This document shows, piece after piece, positions 8,503 to 16,558 of a stretch of 60,014 nucleotides of DNA. How positions within the stretch are numbered: position 1 is the stretch's first letter; each line of letters begins with the position of its first letter. Source of the stretch: Actinomycetota bacterium (GTDB taxonomy: Bacteria > Actinomycetota > Actinomycetes > S36-B12 > UBA5976); NCBI GenBank assembly GCA_009918005.1, contig RGDC01000002.1, forward strand, positions 1-60,014. The letters are read 5' to 3'. The translations under genes and the position numbers were made by a program. The notes under the pieces were generated by a model. It searched no databases. It worked only from the letters and a program-made list of their open reading frames with translations, and was not told the origin of the DNA.

Positions 8503-9384
8503 TTAGGCCTTAATTTCTGTTAATACATACGCAGATTTCAATGCTTGGATTATTTGGGTACGTAGTAGTTGAGCGCGTTTGGCAAATCCAATTTGAAGCC
8601 TGGCAAACTCATCACGACCAGCTTGAGTTTCAACGGGAATTGGTTTCACATCAAGATCAGCTAAATCATAAGGCGCAGTTTGCATATCCACATTCCTAAT
8701 TTCCTTAGCTAAAGCAAATGCTCTGCGAACAATTTCTGATCCGACGATCGGCGCAAACCGTTGGGCAAATTTATACAGATCCATGTTTGCGTGGAGGCAG
8801 CCAGGTTGCTCAACTTCACTTCGATGAACTGGAGTTAATTGCAAGGGATTGAGCGGCGCAGCAATTGGAGTAAAGAAGCGGAAGGCATCAAAATGCGTGC
8901 AGCGCAACCCAACTTCGTCAATGGTTGCGCGAATTTGGTCTTGGCTCAGTCGTAATTTCCATTTCTCGTGCCTAACATCTTGCGTTCCAAGAACCATGGC
9001 CCACTCGTGTAATCCAAAACAGCCAGAGCGAATCGAGCGTTCCTGTGTCGACTGCAAGAACGTAACCAATTCGCACATTGAGTTTTGATTTTTCATTAAC
9101 CACTCACGTCGTATCTGAATCCTATTTTCAAAAAACTCGTAACTTCCGGACGGAAAATCTTCGAATTCGCTCTCATCTGCAGCAAGAGATAGGCCAAAGC
9201 CGGGATGCCAATTAAGTAACTTATTTGTACTGATCGGGTAGTACTCAAATAAAAAGTCATCGACAGGGTGACTCTCATGTCGAGATCGACGCTCTAAACG
9301 CGGGGTTATCCATGGCAAAACTTTTGCGTGGTGTTCATCACGCAGACTGTGCCACACTTCTGCTGGTAATACTTTGTCGATCAT
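8503..9384 (-). CDS. Conserved hypothetical protein (family often annotated as 3-methyladenine DNA glycosylase)
   Basis: 293 aa with conserved-looking blocks HPVDDFLFEYY, WHPGFG, GLHEWAMV, THFDAFRFFT and QPGCLHANMDLYKF. The annotation label is from memory and the function is unverified. Confidence 0.55.
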   Translation of the reverse strand: MIDKVLPAEVWHSLRDEHHAKVLPWITPRLERRSRHESHPVDDFLFEYYPISTNKLLNWHPGFGLSLAADESEFEDFPSGSYEFFENRIQIRREWLMKNQNSMCELVTFLQSTQERSIRSGCFGLHEWAMVLGTQDVRHEKWKLRLSQDQIRATIDEVGLRCTHFDAFRFFTPIAAPLNPLQLTPVHRSEVEQPGCLHANMDLYKFAQRFAPIVGSEIVRRAFALAKEIRNVDMQTAPYDLADLDVKPIPVETQAGRDEFARLQIGFAKRAQLLRTQIIQALKSAYVLTEIKA

Positions 9385-9392
9385 GTTCTCAA

Positions 9393-10517
9393 CTAACTCG
9401 CAAAATCCGAAATGGCTTGGCTATGTCCATCAATATATTGATCAACAATGCTGCGAGCCAAAAGTGCGCCAACAACGTTTCCAGTCCCGCAATAAGCGCC
9501 AACCGCCCAAACACCGGGTTGAACTTCTTTCACAATTGGCAAACCAGAATCGGTGTAACTAACGATGGCTGCCCAGTGATGCTCAACCGGAGCTGTGACA
9601 CCAATGGATTCGAGTTTGCGCTCGAGATAATCGCGAATTACTTGGGTTGGTTCTACAACGTCGGTTGCTTCTTGATCTAGAGCTAGATCTCTGCCACCAC
9701 CGATTGCAATTCGACCATCGGGAAGTTGTTGCCAGTAGTCCCAGCCTTGACGCACGTAGACCGCATATTTCAAATTGAGTTTTGTTTCTGGCGCAGTTGA
9801 AATCATCTGTAAGCGCGTTGGTTGAACAAGTTCAGAGATTTCTGGAAGTGCCTTCTCCAAGTTGCCATCAACGGCAACCACAACGTGTTTGGCCTTAATG
9901 CTGCCTTGATCAGTTGTGACAAGACCTGATTCAATTTTTATCGCTGGTGAGTGTGTAAATATCTTGGCACCAACGGTCGTAGCAAGTTTTGCGAGTTGCA
10001 CAGCGCGCTTGGCTGGATGAAAAGTTCCATCAGTTGGAATCAAAATGCCGATACCTTGCTCACCTTCGTAGTCCTCAACCGGAAAACCATCAGCGATCAA
10101 AGCGTCACGATGAGCGTAGGTGTCGCTCAGTTCTTCGGAATCTTCACCTTTTTGTAATTCCCCTATGCGTAATGCACCAATTCGAGAAACAGCTTCGGGT
10201 GTTGTTGCTTCTATTCGATCCATCTCATCCAGAGTGTGTTGATAAAGGGCGGTTGCGCGGGAGACACCAAAATCATTTCGAACGTTGTGATGAAAATCTG
10301 CAATACCTGCTAGCAGCAATCCACCATTTCGTCCGGCAGCACCTGCAGCAATTCGATCAGCATCAATACCAATGACAGATAGGCCCCGTTGTGCAGCGTG
10401 AAGTAGTGCGGTTAATCCAGATCCACCAAGTCCAACTACTACGAAATCAGCTTCGAGATTTTTTGTTAGTTGCGGAAACTCTGGGCGTTCGACGTTTATA
10501 TCCCAAACGATCCCCAT
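9393..10517 (-). CDS. FAD-dependent oxidoreductase (DAO family)
   Basis: 374 aa. N-terminal dinucleotide fold VVVGLGGSGLTALLHAAQRGLSV and overall glycine/D-amino-acid-oxidase-like layout. Confidence 0.8.
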   Translation of the reverse strand: MGIVWDINVERPEFPQLTKNLEADFVVVGLGGSGLTALLHAAQRGLSVIGIDADRIAAGAAGRNGGLLLAGIADFHHNVRNDFGVSRATALYQHTLDEMDRIEATTPEAVSRIGALRIGELQKGEDSEELSDTYAHRDALIADGFPVEDYEGEQGIGILIPTDGTFHPAKRAVQLAKLATTVGAKIFTHSPAIKIESGLVTTDQGSIKAKHVVVAVDGNLEKALPEISELVQPTRLQMISTAPETKLNLKYAVYVRQGWDYWQQLPDGRIAIGGGRDLALDQEATDVVEPTQVIRDYLERKLESIGVTAPVEHHWAAIVSYTDSGLPIVKEVQPGVWAVGAYCGTGNVVGALLARSIVDQYIDGHSQAISDFAS

Positions 10518-10581
10518 TACATTTCCATTTCATTAGCAGTTTGAATTAGGTTTTTTGAACCCTAGGTATCAGCATAGGAGT

Positions 10582-10761
10582 ATGAGTTCTACGCAGAATA
10601 ATCCTGACGAAACTTCGGATACAAAAACCCAAAGTTCAGCAGTCTTGCGAGCTTTGTTGGATGGTGTGGAATTAACACCAGAGCAAACTAGCGATGATGT
10701 CGCGCCACCCTCGAATCGAGATCGAGAATTACTTGAAGATGTGCCACCGCACCATGGCTGA
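10582..10761 (+). CDS. Small acidic hypothetical protein (59 aa), uncertain
   Basis: ORF MSSTQNNPDETSD...RELLEDVPPHHG appears disordered and acidic. The AGGAG lies only 1 nt from the ATG, which is poor spacing. An alternative TTG start is at 10555. Coding status is not established. Confidence 0.3.
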   Translation: MSSTQNNPDETSDTKTQSSAVLRALLDGVELTPEQTSDDVAPPSNRDRELLEDVPPHHG

Positions 10762-10789
10762 GCCCAGCAAGGTCTAAAACTTCGATTGA

Positions 10790-11425
10790 TTAAGGAAGCA
10801 CGGCTATCGTGAACCCTTGATTGGAAGCATGGCCGGCAATACTTATTGCCGCAACAGAATCTACGCCGACAATTATCGAACCGCTGTTTGACCCGCCAGA
10901 AAATACCGAACCTTTAGTCGAGGATGGTATCGCCAAGATCCTGGCATGTGATGCAATCAAAATACCGGTGTTCAATCCATCATTAGTTGAACCATAAACA
11001 TCGATAAAGTTTCCAACATTTAAAAGTGAGCTATCAGTGCTGGCGCTAACAGGAATCGAAACTGCAACATAAGTTTCTGGTAGTCCGCTTAGCAATCCGG
11101 AGCCCACTAAATCGTTACTACTTATTGGTTGGTTAGGTGCAAGTGAGCGCGCTAAAACTCGACCAACAATTTCATTTGGATCTGATTGCAATGAATTCCA
11201 AGAAGCGTCATTTGGAATTTCCTTTTGGGTAAAGTCCGAAGCGGTCAATGTTGTGCCAGAACTCAATGGCCCGGTTGCAACTAGAACTTTGGTTTGGGAG
11301 CCAGGGCCTGGCACTACCAAGCTAAGAGCGACTAAGGTTCCTAGGCCAGCGAGCGTGGCAGCGATTGAACGGCGATACCTAACTATCAAGGGATAGTACT
11401 TATAGAGAAATTCAAGGTTTTTCAT
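10790..11425 (-). CDS. SAF domain-containing protein (CpaB/RcpC-like)
   Basis: Start taken at the internal ATG 11425 (MKNLEFLYKYY...), because the longer ORF would overlap the divergent ruc gene. It has a TM anchor followed by the SAF-like block VLVATGPLSSGTTLTASDF...IVGRVLARSLAPNQPISSNDL. Confidence 0.6.
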   Translation of the reverse strand: MKNLEFLYKYYPLIVRYRRSIAATLAGLGTLVALSLVVPGPGSQTKVLVATGPLSSGTTLTASDFTQKEIPNDASWNSLQSDPNEIVGRVLARSLAPNQPISSNDLVGSGLLSGLPETYVAVSIPVSASTDSSLLNVGNFIDVYGSTNDGLNTGILIASHARILAIPSSTKGSVFSGGSNSGSIIVGVDSVAAISIAGHASNQGFTIAVLP

Positions 11426-11506
11426 AGTCTTGTCACGATAAGTCCAAAACCAGATTTCGCGAGTTAATTTGTCCACAGGTACGATAACCAGAGTCGAAAG
11501 GAAATC

Positions 11507-11785
11507 ATGCCTACATATCAATACGTGTGCGGACAATGTGAAGCACCACTTGAAGTAGTCCAATCCTTTTCTGACGATGCCTTGACCACTTGTCCAGAAT
11601 GTAAAGCGGAAGCCTTGAAAAAGGTTTACGGCTCAGTCGGTGTGGTATTCAAAGGCTCTGGTTTTTACCGAAATGATTCCCGCGGTACGACTTCGTCGGC
11701 AGCTCCGAGTGCATCTGACACAGCTACATCTTCAACTCCTGCCGCCGCACCTGCGCCAGCTAGTACGCCAAGCGCTAGTGCTTAA
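11507..11785 (+). CDS. FmdB-family zinc-ribbon protein (Ruc/Rv0991c-like)
   Basis: MPTYQYVCGQCE...TCPECK carries a CxxC...CxxC zinc ribbon, followed by GSGFY and a Ser/Thr/Ala/Pro-rich tail. This matches the architecture of the mycobacterial chaperone Ruc. Confidence 0.8.
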   Translation: MPTYQYVCGQCEAPLEVVQSFSDDALTTCPECKAEALKKVYGSVGVVFKGSGFYRNDSRGTTSSAAPSASDTATSSTPAAAPAPASTPSASA

Positions 11786-12143
11786 GTTTGGATTCGTTGC
11801 CGCAATTGGGGCAGCACTTGGCTCGCTTTTTAGGTTGCAAATTTCGTACTTGATTCAAACCCCTAGTGACACATCTTTTCCTTGGTCAACATTTCTGGCA
11901 AATGTCATCGGCGCATTATTGATTGGTTTGATTGCTAATTATTCAAAAATTATGAACAGCGAGATTCGTCGCCACTTTGTTGTTACTGGCGTTCTTGGTG
12001 GTTTCACAACCTTTTCAGCATTGGCTGTTGAAACCCTTCAAATGGCAAGCACACCTTTGATGTCCATTAGCTATGTAGTTGCAACTTTCATTGTTGGCAT
12101 TGCGGCAACTCACATTGGCAGCTTGCTAGGTGATCGCAGATGA
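11778..12143 (+). CDS. crcB: Fluoride channel CrcB (first of pair)
   Basis: GTG at 11778 gives VLKFGFVAAIGAALGSLFR..., then FLANVIGALLIG and GVLGGFTTFSA, which are CrcB motifs. It overlaps the ruc stop by 8 nt. The upstream part of track ORF 11640 is an out-of-frame readthrough of ruc. Confidence 0.7.
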   Translation: MLKFGFVAAIGAALGSLFRLQISYLIQTPSDTSFPWSTFLANVIGALLIGLIANYSKIMNSEIRRHFVVTGVLGGFTTFSALAVETLQMASTPLMSISYVVATFIVGIAATHIGSLLGDRR

Positions 12144-12496
12144 ATCTGATGCTCTTCATAATTGCGGCTGCAGTCGGTGGCTTCGTTCGGTTTGCAGTCG
12201 AGTACTACCTACCTCCAGTAGGAACATCTGCATTTCCACGCGGCACTTTATTAGTAAATATCTTTGGTGCCTTCCTATTAGGAATTGTTTTGGCATCACC
12301 CGGTGAGTGGCAAGTAATTTTAGGAATTGGTTTATGCGGCGCCTTGACGACCTTTAGTGGTGTCAGTTTGCAATTACACCGAAGACTTACGGCTGGGGCA
12401 TATCGACCAGCAATGATTTATGCGGTCACGCTGTTAACGGGCGGCTTGGTTGCTGCAGGTATTGGAATGATTTTGGGTCGTTATCTATTTAACTAA
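12140..12496 (+). CDS. crcB: Fluoride channel CrcB (second of pair)
   Basis: 118 aa. Has GTLLVNIFGAFLLG and GALTTFSG. ATGA overlap with the first crcB. A paired-homolog arrangement is typical of actinobacteria. Confidence 0.8.
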   Translation: MNLMLFIIAAAVGGFVRFAVEYYLPPVGTSAFPRGTLLVNIFGAFLLGIVLASPGEWQVILGIGLCGALTTFSGVSLQLHRRLTAGAYRPAMIYAVTLLTGGLVAAGIGMILGRYLFN

Positions 12497-13055
12497 TTTG
12501 TATTATCTGATTTGGAGTCACAATCACGTCTATCGGTGCGTCATGAGCCTCACTTGGCACTGAATCATCGACTTCATCATCAAACACCAAACAGATTCGC
12601 AGCGGTCCACCAGATATATGCGCTGGAACATTTGATAGTGCGCGGTCGTAGTAGCCAGCACCACGACCTAATCGAGAACCATCTCGACCAACTCGAAGTG
12701 CTGGTATCAAAATCGCACTGGCTGTAGTGATGTCAATCTTGGCAGGTGTCGGTTCAAAAATTCCATAACTATTTTTTACTAAGCTCGTTCCGTCAAAGCC
12801 CCAAGCCAAAGAATTTCCTGATTTCATGATGGGTAACACAACTGTTTTGCCCAGCTCAATCAACTTAGTGCGAACTTGAGTTGTCGGTGGTTCGGTTGCC
12901 ATAGAAACGAAACAGGTAACTAGTTGTCCTCTGCATAATGCGGCCCAGTCATGATTTCCAATAGCCAACCCAGCGGCGGAAATTTCCATACTGCTTCGAG
13001 CAGATCGCAACGAGATTGATTGCTCGCGCACTGTGTCTTTGGAACGACTTACCAT
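12489..13055 (-). CDS. 5-formyltetrahydrofolate cyclo-ligase
   Basis: 188 aa. GFDGTSLVKNSYGIFEP, RLGRGAGYYDR and DAPIDVIVTP match the 5-FCL family. The position before galU is the same as Rv0992c. Confidence 0.8.
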   Translation of the reverse strand: MVSRSKDTVREQSISLRSARSSMEISAAGLAIGNHDWAALCRGQLVTCFVSMATEPPTTQVRTKLIELGKTVVLPIMKSGNSLAWGFDGTSLVKNSYGIFEPTPAKIDITTASAILIPALRVGRDGSRLGRGAGYYDRALSNVPAHISGGPLRICLVFDDEVDDSVPSEAHDAPIDVIVTPNQIIQIS

Positions 13056-13086
13056 TCCTTAACCGTATTGCCAGTAAAGTCTAGGT

Positions 13087-13989
13087 ATGAGCAACAGGGG
13101 TAAAATTCATAAAGCCGTAATTCCGGTGGCTGGATTAGGCACGCGATTTTTGCCAGCCACTAAGGCAACCCCGAAAGAGATGCTTCCAGTAGTAGACAAG
13201 CCAGCCATTCAATATGTGGTTGAAGAGGCCGTCGCTGCAGGTATTAGTGACGTACTTTTCGTAACTGGACGAAACAAGGAATCACTAGAAAACCACTTTG
13301 ATCGATCACCAAGTTTGGAACGAACTTTGGCCGAACGCGGTGCGTCCGATATGCAAAGTAAAATCTCGGGCTTAGCAGAGTTGGCAGCTATGCATTACGT
13401 GCGTCAAGGAGTCCCAATGGGATTGGGCCACGCGGTTAGTATGGCAAAACCGCATGTTGGCAATCAGGCTTTTGCAGTTTTACTGGGTGACGATTTAGTT
13501 GATGCCAAAACTCCGATCTTGCCGGATATGTTTGAAGCACAAGAAAAATTTGGTGGCAGCATTTTGGCGCTAATGGAAGTTCCAGAAGACCAAATTCACC
13601 TATACGGCTGTGCGGCAGTTGAGCCAACTGACAACGCAGATTTCGTTCGGGTGACAGAGTTGGTAGAGAAGCCAGCGGCTGGAACTGCGCCGAGTAATCT
13701 TGCAGTAATTGGTCGTTATGTAATCGACCCGGCAATTTTTGATCTACTAGAAAACCTCGCTCCGGGCCGTGGTGGTGAAATTCAATTAACGGATGCTTTG
13801 GCGGAATTAATTGGCATGCCAGCTGAATCTGGTGGCGGAGTGCATGCGGTAATTTTCCGTGGCAAACGCTATGACACAGGGGACAAGCTTTCATATTTAA
13901 AGAGTGTGGTTTCGATAGCACTTGATCGAGATGACTTAGGTCCAGACCTTCGCGCTTGGTTAACTTCGTATTTGGCAGGCAAGATTTAA
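13087..13989 (+). CDS. galU: UTP--glucose-1-phosphate uridylyltransferase
   Basis: AVIPVAGLGTRFLPATKATPKEMLPVVDKPAIQYVVEEA, LGHAV and VEKP motifs. 300 aa. Confidence 0.9.
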   Translation: MSNRGKIHKAVIPVAGLGTRFLPATKATPKEMLPVVDKPAIQYVVEEAVAAGISDVLFVTGRNKESLENHFDRSPSLERTLAERGASDMQSKISGLAELAAMHYVRQGVPMGLGHAVSMAKPHVGNQAFAVLLGDDLVDAKTPILPDMFEAQEKFGGSILALMEVPEDQIHLYGCAAVEPTDNADFVRVTELVEKPAAGTAPSNLAVIGRYVIDPAIFDLLENLAPGRGGEIQLTDALAELIGMPAESGGGVHAVIFRGKRYDTGDKLSYLKSVVSIALDRDDLGPDLRAWLTSYLAGKI

Positions 13990-14912
13990 TGCGCTCAGTG
14001 GAGCAACACCTAGAAGCGGTCTTAGCAAATGTGTCACCGCTTGAATCTTTAGAAGTTGGTTTGCTGGGTTCGGTGGGGTGTGTTCTAGCTGAACAAGTAA
14101 CAACTGATGATGATGGCAGCGAGCATGTATTACTTCCGCAAGGGACAACTATTGGAGCAAGACACGTGGCACTTTTGGCCGCGGCAAACTTAGGTCGAAT
14201 TTGGGTTCATCCAAAACCCCGTGTTGTCATCTTGACCGTAGGAAGCGACTTAGCCGATCCAGGCACCTTAGAAGATCTTCGGCCGGACATAAATGGCATC
14301 GCACTAACTACGGCATCAACCGCTGCAGGTGCAATGACATTTCGAGTTGGTCCACTGCAAAGTGATTCTGACTTAATTAGGTCTGCAATCGAAGATCAAC
14401 TCGTTCGTGCTGACGTAATCATTACTGCCTGCGGCATGAATGCTGGTGATTACGATTTACTAACAAACGTCCTTCGGCAACTTGGCAGAGTTGAGATTTC
14501 TCGTGTCAACATGACACCTGGTGGAGCACAGGGTTTTGGCATTATTGGCCCAGATTCAACACCTATTTTTGTGTTACCAGGCAATCCAGTCGGTGCCTTA
14601 CTTTCGTTCGACGTTTTTGTGCGGCCATTGATTAGAAGACTAATGGGACATAGCAAATTGCATCATCGGATAATTGAAGCCCGACTTGAAACCACATTAG
14701 ATGGTGCTGGTGACGATGCTCGTTATGTGCGCGCACATGTGTCTCGTACCGGAAACTTCCCCACAGTCAAGTCGTTAGAAAATGATAACGATGAGCCATT
14801 TGCGGGTTTAGGAACTGCTGATGCGTTAATCGTTGTTCCAGCAGGAACTGGTCGCATGAATGCTGGTGACACCGTAAAAGTCATGCAACTCGATGCTTTG
14901 AGTGATGAATAA
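13989..14912 (+). CDS. glp: Truncated MoeA-family protein, positional equivalent of gephyrin-like protein Glp / MoeA1 (Rv0994)
   Basis: ATG 13989 (TAATG overlap with galU) gives MRSVEQHLE..., like Rv0994 as recalled. It retains LPGNPVGALLSF and a MoeA_C-like end. GGVS is replaced by ACGMN and PGKP by TPGGA, and the FDNSAMDGYA..RIMTGAP domain is absent. 307 aa versus about 400 for MoeA. Confidence 0.6.
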   Translation: MRSVEQHLEAVLANVSPLESLEVGLLGSVGCVLAEQVTTDDDGSEHVLLPQGTTIGARHVALLAAANLGRIWVHPKPRVVILTVGSDLADPGTLEDLRPDINGIALTTASTAAGAMTFRVGPLQSDSDLIRSAIEDQLVRADVIITACGMNAGDYDLLTNVLRQLGRVEISRVNMTPGGAQGFGIIGPDSTPIFVLPGNPVGALLSFDVFVRPLIRRLMGHSKLHHRIIEARLETTLDGAGDDARYVRAHVSRTGNFPTVKSLENDNDEPFAGLGTADALIVVPAGTGRMNAGDTVKVMQLDALSDE

Positions 14913-14925
14913 GTAAGGTGCACAA

Positions 14926-15513
14926 GTGACTAAAGCTTGGCCAGTTACTTTGACACACGGTGATGTAAAAGTTAGACCACTGCGGGTTCGCGATGCCAGA
15001 AGGTGGCAGCAATTACGTCAGATAAATCATGACTGGCTCCAAGAATGGGAAGCCACGTCGCCAATGCCAAGCGTTGAACCGCCCCCAACTTTTCGACAGA
15101 GTGCCAAGCGAATGTTGGTTGAAGCCAGAGATGGCCGGACTATGCCATTTGTAGTCGAATACCAAGGAACCTTTGTTGGCCAGATCAACGTTTCGGACAT
15201 AACGTACGGTTCGCTTCGAGGTTGCCACTTTGGTTATTGGATTGATGAGTCAGTTTCGGATAAGCGGATCATGACTATTGCCGCCGCCTTAGTTACTGAT
15301 CACTTGCTACAAACTCTTGGTCTTCATCGAGTCGAAATCGCAGTTCGCCCTGAAAATATTCCAAGTAACCGCTTGGCTATTCGCCTTGGTTACAAGTTTG
15401 AGGGCATGAGACCTGCCTTTTTGCACATTAATCGGCAATGGCGCGATCACAACATTTACGTCATGATGCCAGGTACCATCTCGGGTACTGTAATCGATCA
15501 CATCTCCAGCTAG
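14926..15513 (+). CDS. rimJ: GNAT N-acetyltransferase, RimJ-like
   Basis: 195 aa. GNAT core (GYWIDES..., LHRVEIAVRPENIPSNRLAIRLGYKFEG). Same position as Rv0995. Confidence 0.75.
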   Translation: MTKAWPVTLTHGDVKVRPLRVRDARRWQQLRQINHDWLQEWEATSPMPSVEPPPTFRQSAKRMLVEARDGRTMPFVVEYQGTFVGQINVSDITYGSLRGCHFGYWIDESVSDKRIMTIAAALVTDHLLQTLGLHRVEIAVRPENIPSNRLAIRLGYKFEGMRPAFLHINRQWRDHNIYVMMPGTISGTVIDHISS

Positions 15514-15583
15514 CGCGACACGAGTGACTGATAACCCTTTAGTTCCACAAGATAATGCAGATAACGCCGTACCGTAAGTATTC

Positions 15584-16312
15584 ATGACCGGCTTGTTATA
15601 TCTCATCGTTGTAGTGATGTGGGCCGTTGTCTTAGTTCCGATCTGGTTAAAGAGTCACGATCGAGCTCAGGTTGAAAAAGGCCTTCGCGAAGAAGGTGAA
15701 TTGGTAACCAAATGGCGTTGGCAACAACGTGAGCAATTGCCGCCAAGACAACTTGCATTCATTCGTCGTCGCAGAGTAGCGATGATATTATTCACAGCAC
15801 TGGTTGCAACAGTTGTTTTAAGTGCTGCCGGAAAAATCGCAGTCTTTTGGGTTGCTGTTCCGACATTTTTGATTGCTGGATTTACTGCAGTCGCAGCACG
15901 AAATGCAAAGCAGGCACCACGCGTAAAGCGCCAAGTACGAAGTCACGATGAAAGTGCACCAAGAACTCAGGCTGCTATTCCAGATCATCGGACTGAAATT
16001 ATTTCGCTTACCGAAACAGTTACTGAAACTAGTAGAACCTGGCAGCCTGTTGAGACCCCACTTCCGTCATACGTTAAGGCTGACAAGGCAACAACATATT
16101 CCCGTGTTATCGATTCCGAAAAACCATGGACTGGACAAGACATGGTGGAACAAGCTGAGCTTTTGAAATCTCAACGTGCTGCACGAATCCAAGAATCCCA
16201 AAAGCGTCTTGAAGAAGCCCGAGCAATCGCCATGGAGAAAGCGCGTAAAGCCGCACTGGCAGCAGCTCAAACTTATCCAGAGGTTGCAGAAAAGCGCGCA
16301 GTAAACGAATAA
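15584..16312 (+). CDS. Membrane protein, candidate GlpR-like (Rv0996 position)
   Basis: 242 aa. An N-terminal TM (LYLIVVVMWAVVLVPIWL) and two more TMs are followed by a charged, coiled-coil-like tail. The call rests on position after glp-rimJ and N-terminal resemblance recalled from memory. Confidence 0.45.
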   Translation: MTGLLYLIVVVMWAVVLVPIWLKSHDRAQVEKGLREEGELVTKWRWQQREQLPPRQLAFIRRRRVAMILFTALVATVVLSAAGKIAVFWVAVPTFLIAGFTAVAARNAKQAPRVKRQVRSHDESAPRTQAAIPDHRTEIISLTETVTETSRTWQPVETPLPSYVKADKATTYSRVIDSEKPWTGQDMVEQAELLKSQRAARIQESQKRLEEARAIAMEKARKAALAAAQTYPEVAEKRAVNE

Positions 16313-16351
16313 CTCCCTCGCAGTACAATTAACTGAGCGAAGGAGAACGAA

Positions 16352-16558
16352 ATGCAAACCACAATAAAAGTATTAGGAATGACTTGTGGACATTGTGTTT
16401 CGGCAGTAACAATGGAGCTTTCCTTACTTCCAACAGTTACTGAAGTTTCAGTTGATTTAGAATCCGGGCAAGTCACTATTAGCTCTGATTCAGCTCTAGA
16501 GCAGGCTCAACTTGCGACCGCAATCGATGAAGCCGGATACGAGCTCGTCCCCAACTAA
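16352..16558 (+). CDS. copZ: Copper chaperone CopZ (HMA domain)
   Basis: 68 aa. GMTCGHCV metal-binding motif and a GAAGGAG SD. Confidence 0.85.
   Translation: MQTTIKVLGMTCGHCVSAVTMELSLLPTVTEVSVDLESGQVTISSDSALEQAQLATAIDEAGYELVPN

Noticed and set aside
11430-11780. Fluoride riboswitch upstream of crcB.
   Set aside because: The only resemblance is a short tgacgatgcc, and it lies inside the ruc coding sequence. The rest of the conserved core was not seen. This needs cmsearch to be definitive.
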